NCBI GenBank assembly: GCA_964016885.1
Contig: CAXHJY010000139.1
Location: 32,919 to 96,918 of the forward strand
Length of the DNA stretch: 64,000 bases
Direction of reading: 5' to 3'
Origin: Eledone cirrhosa
Lineage: Eukaryota
Shown here: piece after piece, positions 26,401 through 39,900 of the stretch
Layout: every line of letters begins with the position of its first letter
How positions within the stretch are numbered: the first letter of the stretch is position 1
Position numbers and translations under genes: made by a program
The notes under the pieces: generated by a model
What the model was told of the DNA's origin: nothing
What the model saw: only the letters and a program-made list of their open reading frames with translations
Databases searched by the model: none

Positions 26401-29400
26401 CTTAGCTTAGGATAGATTAGCTTAGCTTAGGATAGCTTAGCTTAGCTTAGCTTAGGAAAGCTTAGCTTAGCTTAGGATAGCTTAGCTTAGCTTAGCTTAG
26501 GAGAGCTTAGCTTAGCTTAGGATAGCTTAGCTTAGCTTAGCTTAGGATAGCTTAGCTTAGCTTAGCTTAGGTAGCTTAGCTTAGCTTAGCTTAGGATAGC
26601 TTAGCTTAGCTTAGCTTAGGATAGCTTAGGATAGCTTAGCTTAGGATAGCTTAGGATAGCTTACCTTAGGAGAGCTTAGCTTAGGATAGCTTAGCTTAGG
26701 ATAGCTTAGGATAGCTTAGCTTAGGATAGCTTAGCTTAGGATAGCTTAGCTTAGGATAGCTTAGGATAGCTTAGCTTAGCTTAGCTTAGGATAGCTTAGC
26801 TTAGCTTAGCTTAGGATAGCTTAGCTTAGGTTAGCTTAGCTTAGCTTAGCTTAGGATAGCTTAGGATAGCTTAGCTTAGGATAGCTTAGGATAGCTTAGC
26901 TTAGGATAGCTTAGGATAGCTTAGCTTAGGATAGCTTAGCTTAGGATAGCTTAGGATTGCTTAGCTTAGGATAGCTTAGGATAGCTTAGCTTAGGATAGC
27001 TTAGCTTAGGATCGCTTAGGATAGCTTAGCTTAGCTTAGCTTAGGATAGCTTAGCTTAGCTTAGCTTAGGATAGCTTAGCTTAGCTTAGCTTAGGATAGC
27101 TTAGCTTAGCTTAGCTTAGGATAGCTTAGGATAGCTTAGCTTAGGATAGCTTAGGATAGCTTAGCTTAGGATAGCTTAGGATAGCTTAGCTTAGGATAGC
27201 TTAGCTTAGGATAGCTTAGCTTAGGATAGCTTAGGATAGCTTAGCTTAGGATAGCTTAGGATAGCTTAGCTTAGGATAGCTTAGCTTAGGATAGCTTAGC
27301 TTAGGATAGCTTAGGATAGCTTAGCTTAGCTTAGCTTAGGATAGCTTAGCTTAGCTTAGCTTAGGATAGCTTAGCTTAGCTTAGCTTAGGATAGCTTAGC
27401 TTAGCTTAGCCTAGGATAGCTTAGGATAGCTTAGCTTAGGATAGCTTAGGATAGCTTAGCTTAGGTTAGCTTAGGATAGCTTAGCTTAGGATAGATTAGC
27501 TTAGGATAGCTTAGCTTAGGATAGCTTAGGATAGCTTAGCTTAGGATAGCTTAGGATAGCTTAGCTTAGAATAGCTTAGCTTAGGATAGCTTAGGAAAGC
27601 TTAGCTTAGCTTAGCTTAGGATAGCTTAGCTTAGCTTAGCTTAGGATAGCTTAGCTTAGCTTAGCTTAGGATAGCTTAGGATAGCTTAGCTTAGGATAGC
27701 TTAGGATAGCTTAGCTTTGGATAGCTTAGCTTAGGAGAGCTTAGCTTAGGATAGCTTAGGATAGCTTAGCTTAGGATAGCTTAGGATAGCTTAGCTTAGG
27801 ATAGCTTAGCTTAGGATAGCTTAGGATAGCTTAGCTTAGCTTAGCTTAGGATAGCTTAGCTTAGCTTAGCTTAGGATAGCTTAGCTTAGCTTAGCTTAGC
27901 TTAGGATAGCTTAGCTTAGCTTAGCTTAGGATAGCTTAGGATAGCTTAGCTTAGGATAGCTTAGGATAGCTTAGCTTAGGATAGCTTAGGATAGCTTAGC
28001 TTAGGATAGCTTAGGATAGCTTAGCTTAGGATAGCTTAGCTTAGGATAGCTTAGCTTAGCTTAGCTTAGGATAGCTTAGCTTAGGATAGCTTAGGATAGC
28101 TTAGCTTAGGATAGCTTAGCTTAGGATAGCTTAGGATAGCTTAGCTTAGCTTAGCTTAGGATAGCTTAGCTTAGCTTAGCTTAGGATAGCTTAGCTTAGC
28201 TTAGGATAGCTTAGCTTAGCTTAGCTTAGGATAGCTTAGCTTAGCTTAGCTTAGGATAGCTTAGCTTAGCTTAGCTTAGGATAGCTTAGCTTAGCTTAGG
28301 ATAGCTCAGCTTAGCTTAGCTTAGGATAGCTTAGCTTAGGTTAGCTTAGGATAGCTTAGGATAGCTTAGGATAGCTTAGCTTAGCTTAGCTTAGGATAGC
28401 TTAGCTTAGCTTAGCTTAGGATAGCTTAGCTTAGCTTAGCTTAGGATAGCTTAGCTTAGCTTAGGATAGCTTAGCTTAGCTTAGCTTAGGATAGCTTAGC
28501 TTAGCTTAGGATAGCTTAGCTTAGCTTAGCTTAGGATAGCTTAGCTTTGCTTAGGATAGCTTAGCTTAGCTTAGCTTAGGATAGCTTAGCTTAGCTTAGC
28601 TTAGGATAGCTTAGCTTAGGTTAGCTTAGGATAGCTTAGGATAGCTTAGGATAGCTTAGCTTAGCTTAGCTTAGGATAGCTTAGCTTAGCTTAGCTTAGG
28701 ATAGCTTAGCTTAGCTTAGCTTAGGATAGCTTAGCTTAGCTTAGGATAGCTTAGCTTAGCTTAGCTTAGCTTAGCTTAGGATAGCTTAGCTTAGCTTAGG
28801 ATAGCTTAGCTTAGCTTAGCTTAGGATAGCTTAGCTTTGCTTAGGATAGCTTAGCTTAGCTTAGCTTAGGATAGCTTAGCTTAGCTTAGCTTAGGATAGC
28901 TTAGCTTAGCTTAGCTTAGGATAGATTAGCTTAGCTTAGGATAGCTTAGCTTAGCTTAGCTTAGGAAAGCTTAGCTTAGCTTAGGATAGCTTAGCTTAGC
29001 TTAGCTTAGGAGAGCTTAGCTTAGCTTAGGATAGCTTAGCTTAGCTTAGCTTAGGATAGCTTAGCTTAGCTTAGGTAGCTTAGCTTAGCTTAGCTTAGGA
29101 TAGCTTAGCTTAGCTTAGCTTAGCTTAGGATAGCTTAGCTTAGCTTAGCTTAGGATAGCTTAGCTTAGCTTAGCTTAGGATAGCTTAGGATAGCTTAGCT
29201 TAGGATAGCTTAGGATAGCTTACCTTAGGAGAGCTTAGCTTAGGATAGCTTAGCTTAGGATAGCTTAGGATAGCTTAGCTTAGGATAGCTTAGCTTAGGA
29301 TAGCTTAGCTTAGGATAGCTTAGGATAGCTTAGCTTAGCTTAGCTTAGGATAGCTTAGCTTAGCTTAGCTTAGGATAGCTTAGCTTAGGTTAGCTTAGCT

Positions 29401-31695
29401 TAGCTTAGCTTAGGATAGCTTAGCTTAGGATAGCTTATGATAGCTTAGCTTAGGATAGCTTAGCTTAGGATAGCTTAGCTTAGCTTTGCTTAGGATAGCT
29501 TAGCTTAGCTTAGCTTAGGATAGCTTAGCTTAGCTTAGCTTAGGATAGCTTAGCTTAGCTTAGCTTAGGATAGCTTAGCTTAGCTTAGCTTAGGATAGCT
29601 TAGCTTAGCTTAGCTTAGTATAGCTTAGCTTAGCTTAGCTTAGGATCGCTTAGCTTAGCTTAGCTTAGGATAGCTTAGCTTAGCTTAGGATAGCTTAGCT
29701 TAGCTTAGCTTAGGATAGCTTAGCTTAGCTTAGGATAGCTTAGGATAGCTTAGCTTAGGAGAGCTTAGCTTAGCTTAGCTTAGGATAGCTTAGCTTAGCT
29801 TAGCTTAGGATAGCTTAGCTTAACTTAGCTTAGGATAGCTTAGCTTAGCTTAACTTAGGATAGCTTAGCTTAGCTTAGCTTAGGATAGCTTAGCTTAGCT
29901 TAGCTTAGGATAGCTTAGCTTAGCTTAGCTTAGGATAGCTTAGGATAGCTTAGCTTAGGATAGCTTAGGATAGCTTACCTTAGGAGAGCTTAGCTTAGGA
30001 TAGCTTAGCTTAGGATAGCTTAGGATAGCTTAGCTTAGGATAGCTTAGCTTAGGATAGCTTAGCTTAGGATAGCTTAGGATAGTTTAGCTTAGCTTAGCT
30101 TAGGATAGCTTAGCTTAGCTTAGCTTAGGATAGCTTAGCTTAGGTTAGCTTAGCTTAGCTTAGCTTAGGATAGCTTAGCTTAGGATAGCTTAGGATAGCT
30201 TAGCTTAGGATAGCTTAGCTTAGGATAGCTTAGCTTAGCTTTGCTTAGGATAGCTTAGCTTAGCTTAGCTTAGGATAGCTTAGCTTAGCTTAGCTTAGGA
30301 TAGCTTAGCTTAGCTTAGCTTAGGATAGCTTAGCTTAGCTTAGCTTAGGATAGCTTAGCTTAGCTTAGCTTAGGATAGCTTAGCTTAGCTTAGCTTAGGA
30401 TCGCTTAGCTTAGCTTAGCTTAGGATAGCTTAGCTTAGCTTAGGATAGCTTAGCTTAGCTTAGCTTAGGATAGCTTAGCTTAGCTTAGGATAGCTTAGGA
30501 TAGCTTAGCTTAGGAGAGCTTAGCTTAGCTTAGCTTAGGATAGCTTAGCTTAGCTTAGCTTAGGATAGCTTAGCTTAACTTAGCTTAGGATAGCTTAGCT
30601 TAGCTTAACTTAGGATAGCTTAGCTTAGCTTAGCTTAGGATAGCTTAGCTTAGCTTAGCTTAGGATAGCTTAGCTTAGCTTAGCTTAGGATAGCTTAGGA
30701 TAGCTTAGCTTAGGATAGCTTAGGATAGCTTACCTTAGGAGAGCTTAGCTTAGGATAGCTTAGCTTAGGATAGCTTAGGATAGCTTAGCTTAGGATAGCT
30801 TAGCTTAGGATAGCTTAGGATAGCTTAGCTTAGCTTAGCTTAGGATAGCTTAGCTTAGCTTAGCTTAGGATAGCTTAGCTTAGCTTAGCTTAGGATAGCT
30901 TAGCTTAGCTTAGCTTAGGATAGCTTAGGATAGCTTAGCTTAGGATAGCTTAGGATAGCTTAGCTTAGGATAGCTTAGGATAGCTTAGCTTAGGATAGCT
31001 TAGCTTAGGATAGCTTAGCTTAGGATAGCTTAGGATAGCTTAGCTTAGGATAGCTTAGGATAGCTTAGCTTAGGATAGCTTAGCTTAGGATAGCTTAGGA
31101 TAGCTTAGCTTAACTTAGCTTAGGATAGCTTAGCTTAGCTTAGCTTAGGATAGCTTAGCTTAGCTTAGCTTAGGATAGCTTAGCTTAGCTTAGCTTAGGA
31201 TAGCTTAGGATAGCTTAGCTTAGGATAGCTTAGGATAGCTTAGCTTAGGATAGCTTAGGATAGTTTAGCTTAGGATAGCTTAGCTTAGGATAGCTTAGGA
31301 TAGCTTAGCTTAGCTTAGCTTAGGATAGCTTAGGATAGCTTAGCTTAGGATAGCTTAGGATAGCTTAGCTTAGGATAGATTAGGATAGCTTAGCTTAGGA
31401 TAGCTTAGGATAGCTTAGCTTAGGATAGCTTAGCTTAGGATAGCTTAGCTTAGCTTAGCTTAGGATAGCTTAGCTTGGGATAGCTTAGGATAGCTTAGCT
31501 TAGGATAGCTTAGCTTAGGATAGCTTAGGATAGCTTAGCTTAGCTTAGCTTAGGATAGCTTAGCTTAGCTTAGCTTAGGATAGCTTAGCTTAGCTTAGGA
31601 TAGCTTAGCTTAGCTTAGCTTAGGATAGCTTAGCTTAGCTTAGCTTAGGATTGCTTAGCTTAGCTTAGCTTAGGATAGCTTAGCTTAGCTTAGCT
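20500..31695 (+). repeat. Tandem duplication, period 5,598 bp (copy 1 ~20500-26097, copy 2 ~26098-31695)
   Basis: Markers at an exact 5,598 offset: GGTA 20972/26570 and 23476/29074, CCTTA 23625/29223, 24380/29978, 25135/30733, TGATA 23840/29438, GTATA 24020/29618, GGATT 26050/31648. Confidence 0.93.
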
Positions 31696-33999
31696 TAGGA
31701 TAGCTTAGCTTAGCTTAGCTTAGGATAGCTTAGCTTAGCTTAGCTTAGAATAGCTTAGCTTAGGATAGCTTAGCTTAGGATAGCTTAGCTTAGGATAGCT
31801 TAGCTTAGGATAGCTTAGGATAGCTTAGCTTAGGATAGCTTAGGATAGCTTAGCTTAGGATAGCTTAGCTTAGCTTAGCTTAGGATAGCTTAGCTTAGCT
31901 TAGGATAGCTTAGCTTAGCTTAGCTTAGGATAGCTTAGCTTAGGATAGCTTAGGAAAGCTTAGCTTAGCTTAGCTTAGGATAGCTTAGCTTAGCTTAGCT
32001 TAGGATAGCTTAGCTTAGCTTAGGATAGCTTAGCTTAGCTTAGGATAGCTTAGCTTAGCTTAGTTTAGGATAGCTTAGCTTAGCTTAGCTTAGGATAGCT
32101 TAGCTTGGCTTAGCTTAGGATAGCTTAGCTTAGCTTAGCTTAGGATAGCTTAGCTTAGGATAGCTTAGCTTAGCTTAGCTTAGGATAGCTTAGCTTAGCT
32201 TAGCTTAGGATAGCTTAGCTTAGGATAGCTTAGCTTAGCTTAGCTTAGGATAGCTTAGCATAGCTTAGCTTAGGATAGCTTAGCTTAGCTTAGCTTAGGA
32301 TAGCTTAGCTTAGCTTAGCTTAGGATAGCTTAGCTTAGCTTAGCTTAGGATAGCTTAGCTTAGCTTAGCTTAGGATAGCTTAGCTTAGCTTAGCTTAGGA
32401 TAGCTTAGCATAGCTTAGCTTAGGATAGCTTAGCTTAGCTTAGCTTAGGATAGCTTAGCTTAGCTTAGGATAGCTTAGCTTAGCTTGGCTTAGGATAGCT
32501 TAGCTTAGCTTGGCTTAGGATAGCTTAGCTTAGCTCAGCTTAGGATAGCTTAGCTTAGGATAGCTTAGGATAGCTTAGCTTAGCTTAGCTTAGGATAGCT
32601 TAGCTTAGTTTAGGATAGCTTAGCTTAGCTTAGCTTAGGATAGCTTAGGATAGCTTAGCTTAGGATAGCTTAGGATAGCTTAGCTTAGGATAGCTTAGGA
32701 TAGCTTAGCTTAGGATAGCTTAGGATAGCTTAGGTTAGGATAGCTTAGCTTAGGATAGCTTAGGATAGCTTAGCTTAGGATAGCTTAGGATAGCTTAGCT
32801 TAGGATAGCTTAGGATAGCTTAGCTTAGGATAGCTTAGCTTAGGATAGCTTAGGAAAGCTTAGCTTAGCTTAGCTTAGGATAGCTTAGCTTAGCTTAGCT
32901 TAGGATAGCTTAGCTTAGCTTAGCTTAGGATAGCTTAGGATAGCTTAGCTTAGGATAGCTTAGGATAGCTTAGCTTAGGATAGCTTAGCTTAGGATAGCT
33001 TAGCTTAGGATAGCTTAGGATAGCTTAGCTTAGGATAGCTTAGGATAGCTTAGCTTAGGATAGCTTAGCTTAGGATAGCTTAGGATAGCTTAGCTTAGCT
33101 TAGCTTAGGATAGCTTAGCTTAGCTTAGGATAGCTTAGCTTAGCTTAGCTTAGCTTAGGATAGCTTAGCTTAGCTTAGGATAGCTTAGGATAGCTTAGCT
33201 TAGGATAGCTTAGGATAGCTTAGCTTAGGATAGCTTAGGATAGCTTAGCTTAGGATAGCTTAGGATAGCTTAGCTTAGGATAGCTTAGCTTAGGATAGCT
33301 TAGCTTAGCTTAGCTTAGGATAGCTTAGCTTAGGATAGCTTAGGATATCTTAGGTTAGGATAGCTTAGCTTAGGATAGCTTAGGATAGATTAGCTTAGCT
33401 TAGCTTAGGATAGCTTAGCTTAGCTTAGCTTAGGATAGCTTAGCTTAGCTTAGGATAGCTTAGCTTAGCTTAGCTTAGGATAGCTTAGCTTAGCTTAGCT
33501 TAGGATAGCTTAGCTTAGCTTAGGATAGCTTAGCTTAGCTTAGCTTAGGATAGCTTAGCTTAGCTTAGCTTAGGATAGCTTAGCTTAGGATAGCTTAGCT
33601 TAGGATAGCTTAGCTTAGGTTAGCTTAGCTTAGCTTAGCTTAGGATAGCTTAGGATAGCTTAGCTTAGGATAACTTAGCTTAGCTTAGCTTAGGATAGCT
33701 TAGCTTAGCTTAGCTTAGGATAGCTTAGCTTAGCTTAGCTTAGGATAGCTTAGCTTAGGATAGCTTAGGATTGCTTAGCTTAGCTTAGCTTAGGATAGCT
33801 TAGCTTAGCTTAGCTTAGGATAGCTTAGCTTAGCTTAGGATAGCTTAGCTTAGCTTAGCTTAGGATAGCTTAGCTTAGCTTAGCTTAGGATAGCTTAGCT
33901 TAGCTTAGCTTAGGATAGCTAAGGATAGCTTAGGATAGCTTAGCTTAGCTTAGCTTAGGATAGCTTAGCTTAGCTTAGGATAGCTTAGCTTAGCTTAGC

Positions 34000-36900
34000 T
34001 TAGGATAGCTTAGCTTAGCTTAGGATAGCTTAGCTTAGCTTAGCTTAGGATAGCTTAGCTTAGCTTAGCTTAGGATAGCTTAGCTTAGCTTAGCTTAGGA
34101 TAGCTTAGCTTAGCTTAGCTTAGGATAGCTTAGCTTAGCTTAGCTTAGGATAGATTAGCTTAGCTTAGGATAGCTTAGCTTAGCTTAGCTTAGGAAAGCT
34201 TAGCTTAGCTTAGGATAGCTTAGCTTAGCTTAGCTTAGGAGAGCTTAGCTTAGCTTAGCTTAGGATAGCTTAGCTTAGCTTAGCTTAGGATAGCTTAGCT
34301 TAGCTTAGGTAGCTTAGCTTAGCTTAGCTTAGGATAGCTTAGCTTAGCTTAGCTTAGCTTAGGATAGCTTAGCTTAGCTTAGCTTAGGAGAGCTTAGCTT
34401 AGCTTAGCTTAGGGTAGCTTAGGATAGCTTAGCTTAGGATAGCTTAGGATAGCTTACCTTAGGAGAGCTTAGCTTAGGATAGCTTAGCTTAGGATAGCTT
34501 AGGATAGCTTAGCTTAGGATAGCTTAGCTTAGGATAGCTTAGCTTAGGATAGCTTAGGATAGCTTAGCTTAGCTTAGCTTAGGATAGCTTAGCTTAGCTT
34601 AGCTTAGGATAGCTTAGCTTAGGTTAGCTTAGCTTAGCTTAGCTTAGCTTAGGATAGCTTAGCTTAGGATAGCTTAGGATAGCTTAGGATAGCTTAGCTT
34701 AGGATAGCTTAGCTTAGGATAGCTTAGGATAGCTTAGCTTAGGATAGCTTAGGATAGCTTAGCTTAGGATAGCTTAGCTTAGGATAGCTTAGGATAGCTT
34801 AGCTTAGCTTAGCTTAGGATAGCTTAGCTTAGCTTAGCTTAGGATAGCTTAGCTTAGCTTAGGATTGCTTAGCTTAGCTTAGCTTAGGATAGCTTAGGAT
34901 AGCTTAGCTTAGGATAGCTTAGCTTAGGATAGCTTAGGATAGCTTAGGATAGCTTAGCTTAGCTTAGCTTAGGATAGCTTAGCTTAGCTTAGCTTAGGAT
35001 AGCTTAGCTTAGCTTAGGATAGCTTAGCTTAGCTTAGGATAGCTTAGCTTAGCTTAGCTTAGGATAGCTTAGCTTAGCTTAGCTTAGGACAGCTTAGCTT
35101 AGCTTAGCTTAGGATAGCTTAGCTTAGCTTAGGATAGCTTAGCTTAGCTTAGCTTAGGATAGCTTAGCTTAGGATAGCTTAGCTTAGGATAGCTTAGCAT
35201 GGGTTAGCTTAGCTTAGCTTAGCTTAGGATAGCTTAGGATAGCTTAGCTTAGGATAGCTTAGCTTAGCTTAGCTTAGGATAGCTTAGCTTAGCTTAGCTT
35301 AGGATAGCTTAGCTTAGCTTAGCTTAGCTTAGGATAGCTTAGCTTAGCTTAGCTTAGGATAGCTTAGCTTAGCTTAGGATAGTTTAGCTTAGCTTAGCTT
35401 AGGATAGCTTAGCTTAGCTTAGCTTAGGATAGCTTAGCTTAGCTTAGGATAGCTTAGCTTAGCTTAGCTTAGGATAGCTTAGCTTAGCTTAGCTTAGGAT
35501 AGCTTAGCTTAGCTTAGGATAGCTTAGCTTAGCTTAGGATAGCTTAGCTTAGCTTAGCTTAGGATAGCTTAGCTTAGCTTAGCTTAGGATAGCTTAGCTT
35601 AGGATAGCTTAGCTTAGCTTAGCTTAGGATAGCTTAGCTTAGCTTAGCTTAGGATAGCTTAGCTTAGCTTAGCTTAGGATAGCTTAGCTTAGCTTAGCTT
35701 AGGATAGCTTAGCTTGGCTTAGCTTAGGATAGCTTAGCTTAGCTTAGCTTAGGATAGCTTAGCTTAGCTTAGCTTAGGATAGCTTAGCTTAGCTTAGCTT
35801 AGGATAGCTTAGCTTAGCTTAGCTTAGGATTGCTTAGCTTAGCTTGGCTTAGGATAGCTTAGCTTAGCTTGGCTTAGGATAGCTTAGCTTAGCTTAGCTT
35901 AGGATAGCTTAGCTTAGCTTAGCTTAGGATAGCTTAGCTTAGCTTAGCTTAGGATAGCTTAGCTTAGCTTAGGATAGCTTAGCTTAGTTTAGGATAGCTT
36001 AGCTTAGCTTAGCTTAGGATAGCTTAGGATAGCTTAGCTTAGGATAGCTTAGGATAGCTTAGCTTAGGATAGCTTAGGATAGCTTAGGTTAGGATAGCTT
36101 AGCTTAGGATAGCTTAGGATAGCTTAGCTTAGGATAGCTTAGGATAGCTTAGCTTATGATAGCTTAGGATAGCTTAGCTTAGGATAGCTTAGCTTAGGAT
36201 AGCTTAGGAAAGCTTAGCTTAGCTTAGCTTAGGATAGCTTAGCTTAGCTTAGCTTAGGATAGCTTAGCTTAGCTTAGCTTAGGATAGCTTAGGATAGCTT
36301 AGCTTAGGATAGCTTAGGATAGCTTAGCTTAGGATAGCTTAGCTTAGGATAGATTAGCTTAGGATAGCTTAGCTTAGGATAGCTTAGGATAGCTTAGCTT
36401 AGGATAGCTTAGGATAGCTTAGCTTAGGATAGCTTAGCTTAGGATAGCTTAGGATAGCTTAGCTTAGCTTAGCTTAGGAAAGCTTAGCTTAGCTTAGCTT
36501 AGTATAGCTTAGCTTAGCTTAGCTTAGCTTAGGATAGCTTAGCTTAGCTTAGCTTAGGATAGCTTAGGATAGCTTAGCTTAGGATAGCTTAGGATAGCTT
36601 AGCTTAGGATAGCTTAGGATAGCTTAGCTTAGGATAGCTTAGGATAGCTTAGCTTAGGATAGCTTAGCTTAGGATAGCTTAGCTTAGCTTAGCTTAGGAT
36701 AGCTTAGCTTAGGATAGCTTAGGATAGCTTAGCTTAGGATAGCTTAGCTTAGGATAGCTTAGGATAGCTTAGCTTAGCTTAGCTTAGGATAGCTTAGCTT
36801 AGCTTAGCTTAGGATAGCTTAGCTTAGCTTAGGATAGCTTAGCTTAGCTTAGCTTAGGATAGCTTAGCTTAGCTTAGCTTAGGATAGCTTAGCTTAGCTT

Positions 36901-39900
36901 AGCTTAGGATAGCTTAGCTTAGCTTAGCTTAGGATAGCTTAGCTTAGCTTAGGATAGCTTAGCTTAGGATAGCTTAGGATAGCTTAGCTTAGGATAGCTT
37001 AGCTTAGGATAGCTTAGCTTAGGTTAGCTTAGCTTAGCTTAGCTTAGGATAGCTTAGGATAGCTTAGCTTAGGATAGCTTAGCTTAGCTTAGCTTAGGAT
37101 AGCTTAGCTTAGCTTAGCTTAGGATAGCTTAGCTTAGCTTAGGATAGCTTAGCTTAGGATAGCTTAGGATAGCTTAGCTTAGCTTAGCTTAGGAAAGCTT
37201 AGCTTAGCTTAGCTTAGGATAGCTTAGCTTAGCTTAGGATAGCTTAGCTTAGCTTAGCTTAGGATAGCTTAGCTTAGCTTAGCTTAGGATAGCTTAGCTT
37301 AGGTTAGCTTAGGATAGCTTAGGATAGCTTAGGATAGCTTAGCTTAGCTTAGCTTAGCTTAGGATAGCTTAGCTTAGCTTAGCTTAGGATAGCTTAGCTT
37401 AGCTTAGCTTAGGATAGCTTAGCTTAGCTTAGGATAGCTTAGCTTAGCTTAGGATAGCTTAGCTTAGCTTAGGATAGCTTAGCTTAGCTTAGCTTAGGAT
37501 AGCTTAGCTTAGCTTAGCTTAGGATAGCTTAGCTTAGCTTAGCTTAGGATAGCTTAGCTTAGCTTAGCTTAGGATAGCTTAGCTTAGCTTAGCTTAGGAT
37601 AGATTAGCTTAGCTTAGGATAGCTTAGCTTAGCTTAGCTTAGGAAAGCTTAGCTTAGCTTAGGATAGCTTAGCTTAGCTTAGCTTAGGAGAGCTTAGCTT
37701 AGCTTAGCTTAGGAAAACTTAGCTTAGCTTAGCTTAGCTTAGGATAGCTTAGCTTAGCTTAGCTTAGGTAGCTTAGCTTAGCTTAGCTTAGGATAGCTTA
37801 GCTTAGCTTAGCTTAGCTTAGCTTAGGATAGCTTAGCTTAGCTTAGCTTAGGAGAGCTTAGCTTAGCTTAGGATAGCTTAGGATAGCTTAGCTTAGGATA
37901 GCTTAGGATAGCTTACCTTAGGAGAGCTTAGCTTAGGATAGCTTAGCTTAGGATAGCTTAGGATAGCTTAGCTTAGGATAGCTTAGCTTAGGATAGCTTA
38001 GCTTAGGATAGCTTAGGATAGCTTAGCTTGGCTTAGCTTAGGATAGCTTAGCTTGGCTTAGCTTAGGATAGCTTAGCTTAGCTTAGGATAGCTTAGCTTA
38101 GCTTAGCTTAGGATAGCTTAGCTTAGCTTAGCTTAGGATAGCTTAGCTTAGCTTAGCTTAGGATAGCTTAGCTTAGCTTAGCTTAGGATAGCTTAGCTTA
38201 GCTTAGCTTAGGATAGATTAGCTTAGCTTAGGATAGCTTAGCTTAGCTTAGCTTAGGAAAGCTTAGCTTAGCTTAGGATAGCTTAGCTTAGCTTAGCTTA
38301 GGAGAGCTTAGCTTAGCTTAGCTTAGGATAGCTTAGCTTAGCTTAGCTTAGGATAGCTTAGCTTAGCTTAGGTAGCTTAGCTTAGCTTAGCTTAGGATAG
38401 CTTAGCTTAGCTTAGCTTAGCTTAGGATAGCTTAGCTTAGCTTAGCTTAGGAGAGCTTAGCTTAGCTTAGCTTAGGGTAGCTTAGGATAGCTTAGCTTAG
38501 GATAGCTTAGGATAGCTTACCTTAGGAGAGCTTAGCTTAGGATAGCTTAGCTTAGGATAGCTTAGGATAGCTTAGCTTAGGATAGCTTAGCTTAGGATAG
38601 CTTAGCTTAGGATAGCTTAGGATAGCTTAGCTTAGCTTAGCTTAGGATAGCTTAGCTTAGCTTAGCTTAGGATAGCTTAGCTTAGGTTAGCTTAGCTTAG
38701 CTTAGCTTAGCATAGGATAGCTTAGCTTAGGATAGCTTAGGATAGCTTAGGATAGCTTAGCTTAGGATAGCTTAGCTTAGGATAGCTTAGGATAGCTTAG
38801 CTTAGGATAGCTTAGGATAGCTTAGCTTAGGATAGCTTAGCTTAGGATAGCTTAGGATAGCTTAGCTTAGCTTAGCTTAGGATAGCTTAGCTTAGCTTAG
38901 CTTAGGATAGCTTAGCTTAGCTTAGGATTGCTTAGCTTAGCTTAGCTTAGGATAGCTTAGGATAGCTTAGCTTAGGATAGCTTAGCTTAGGATAGCTTAG
39001 GATAGCTTAGGATAGCTTAGCTTAGCTTAGCTTAGGATAGCTTAGCTTAGCTTAGCTTAGGATAGCTTAGCTTAGCTTAGGATAGCTTAGCTTAGCTTAG
39101 GATAGCTTAGCTTAGCTTAGCTTAGGATAGCTTAGCTTAGCTTAGCTTAGGACAGCTTAGCTTAGCTTAGCTTAGGATAGCTTAGCTTAGCTTAGGATAG
39201 CTTAGCTTAGCTTAGCTTAGGATAGCTTAGCTTAGGATAGCTTAGCTTAGGATAGCTTAGCATGGGTTAGCTTAGCTTAGCTTAGCTTAGGATAGCTTAG
39301 GATAGCTTAGCTTAGGATAGCTTAGCTTAGCTTAGCTTAGGATAGCTTAGCTTAGCTTAGCTTAGGATAGCTTAGCTTAGCTTAGCTTAGCTTAGGATAG
39401 CTTAGCTTAGCTTAGCTTAGGATAGCTTAGCTTAGCTTAGGATAGTTTAGCTTAGCTTAGCTTAGGATAGCTTAGCTTAGCTTAGCTTAGGATAGCTTAG
39501 CTTAGCTTAGGATAGCTTAGCTTAGCTTAGCTTAGGATAGCTTAGCTTAGCTTAGCTTAGGATAGCTTAGCTTAGCTTAGGATAGCTTAGCTTAGCTTAG
39601 GATAGCTTAGCTTAGCTTAGCTTAGGATAGCTTAGCTTAGCTTAGCTTAGGATAGCTTAGCTTAGGATAGCTTAGCTTAGCTTAGCTTAGGATAGCTTAG
39701 CTTAGCTTAGCTTAGGATAGCTTAGCTTAGCTTAGCTTAGGATAGCTTAGCTTAGCTTAGCTTAGGATAGCTTAGCTTGGCTTAGCTTAGGATAGCTTAG
39801 CTTAGCTTAGCTTAGGATAGCTTAGCTTAGCTTAGCTTAGGATAGCTTAGCTTAGCTTAGCTTAGGATAGCTTAGCTTAGCTTAGCTTAGGATTGCTTAG

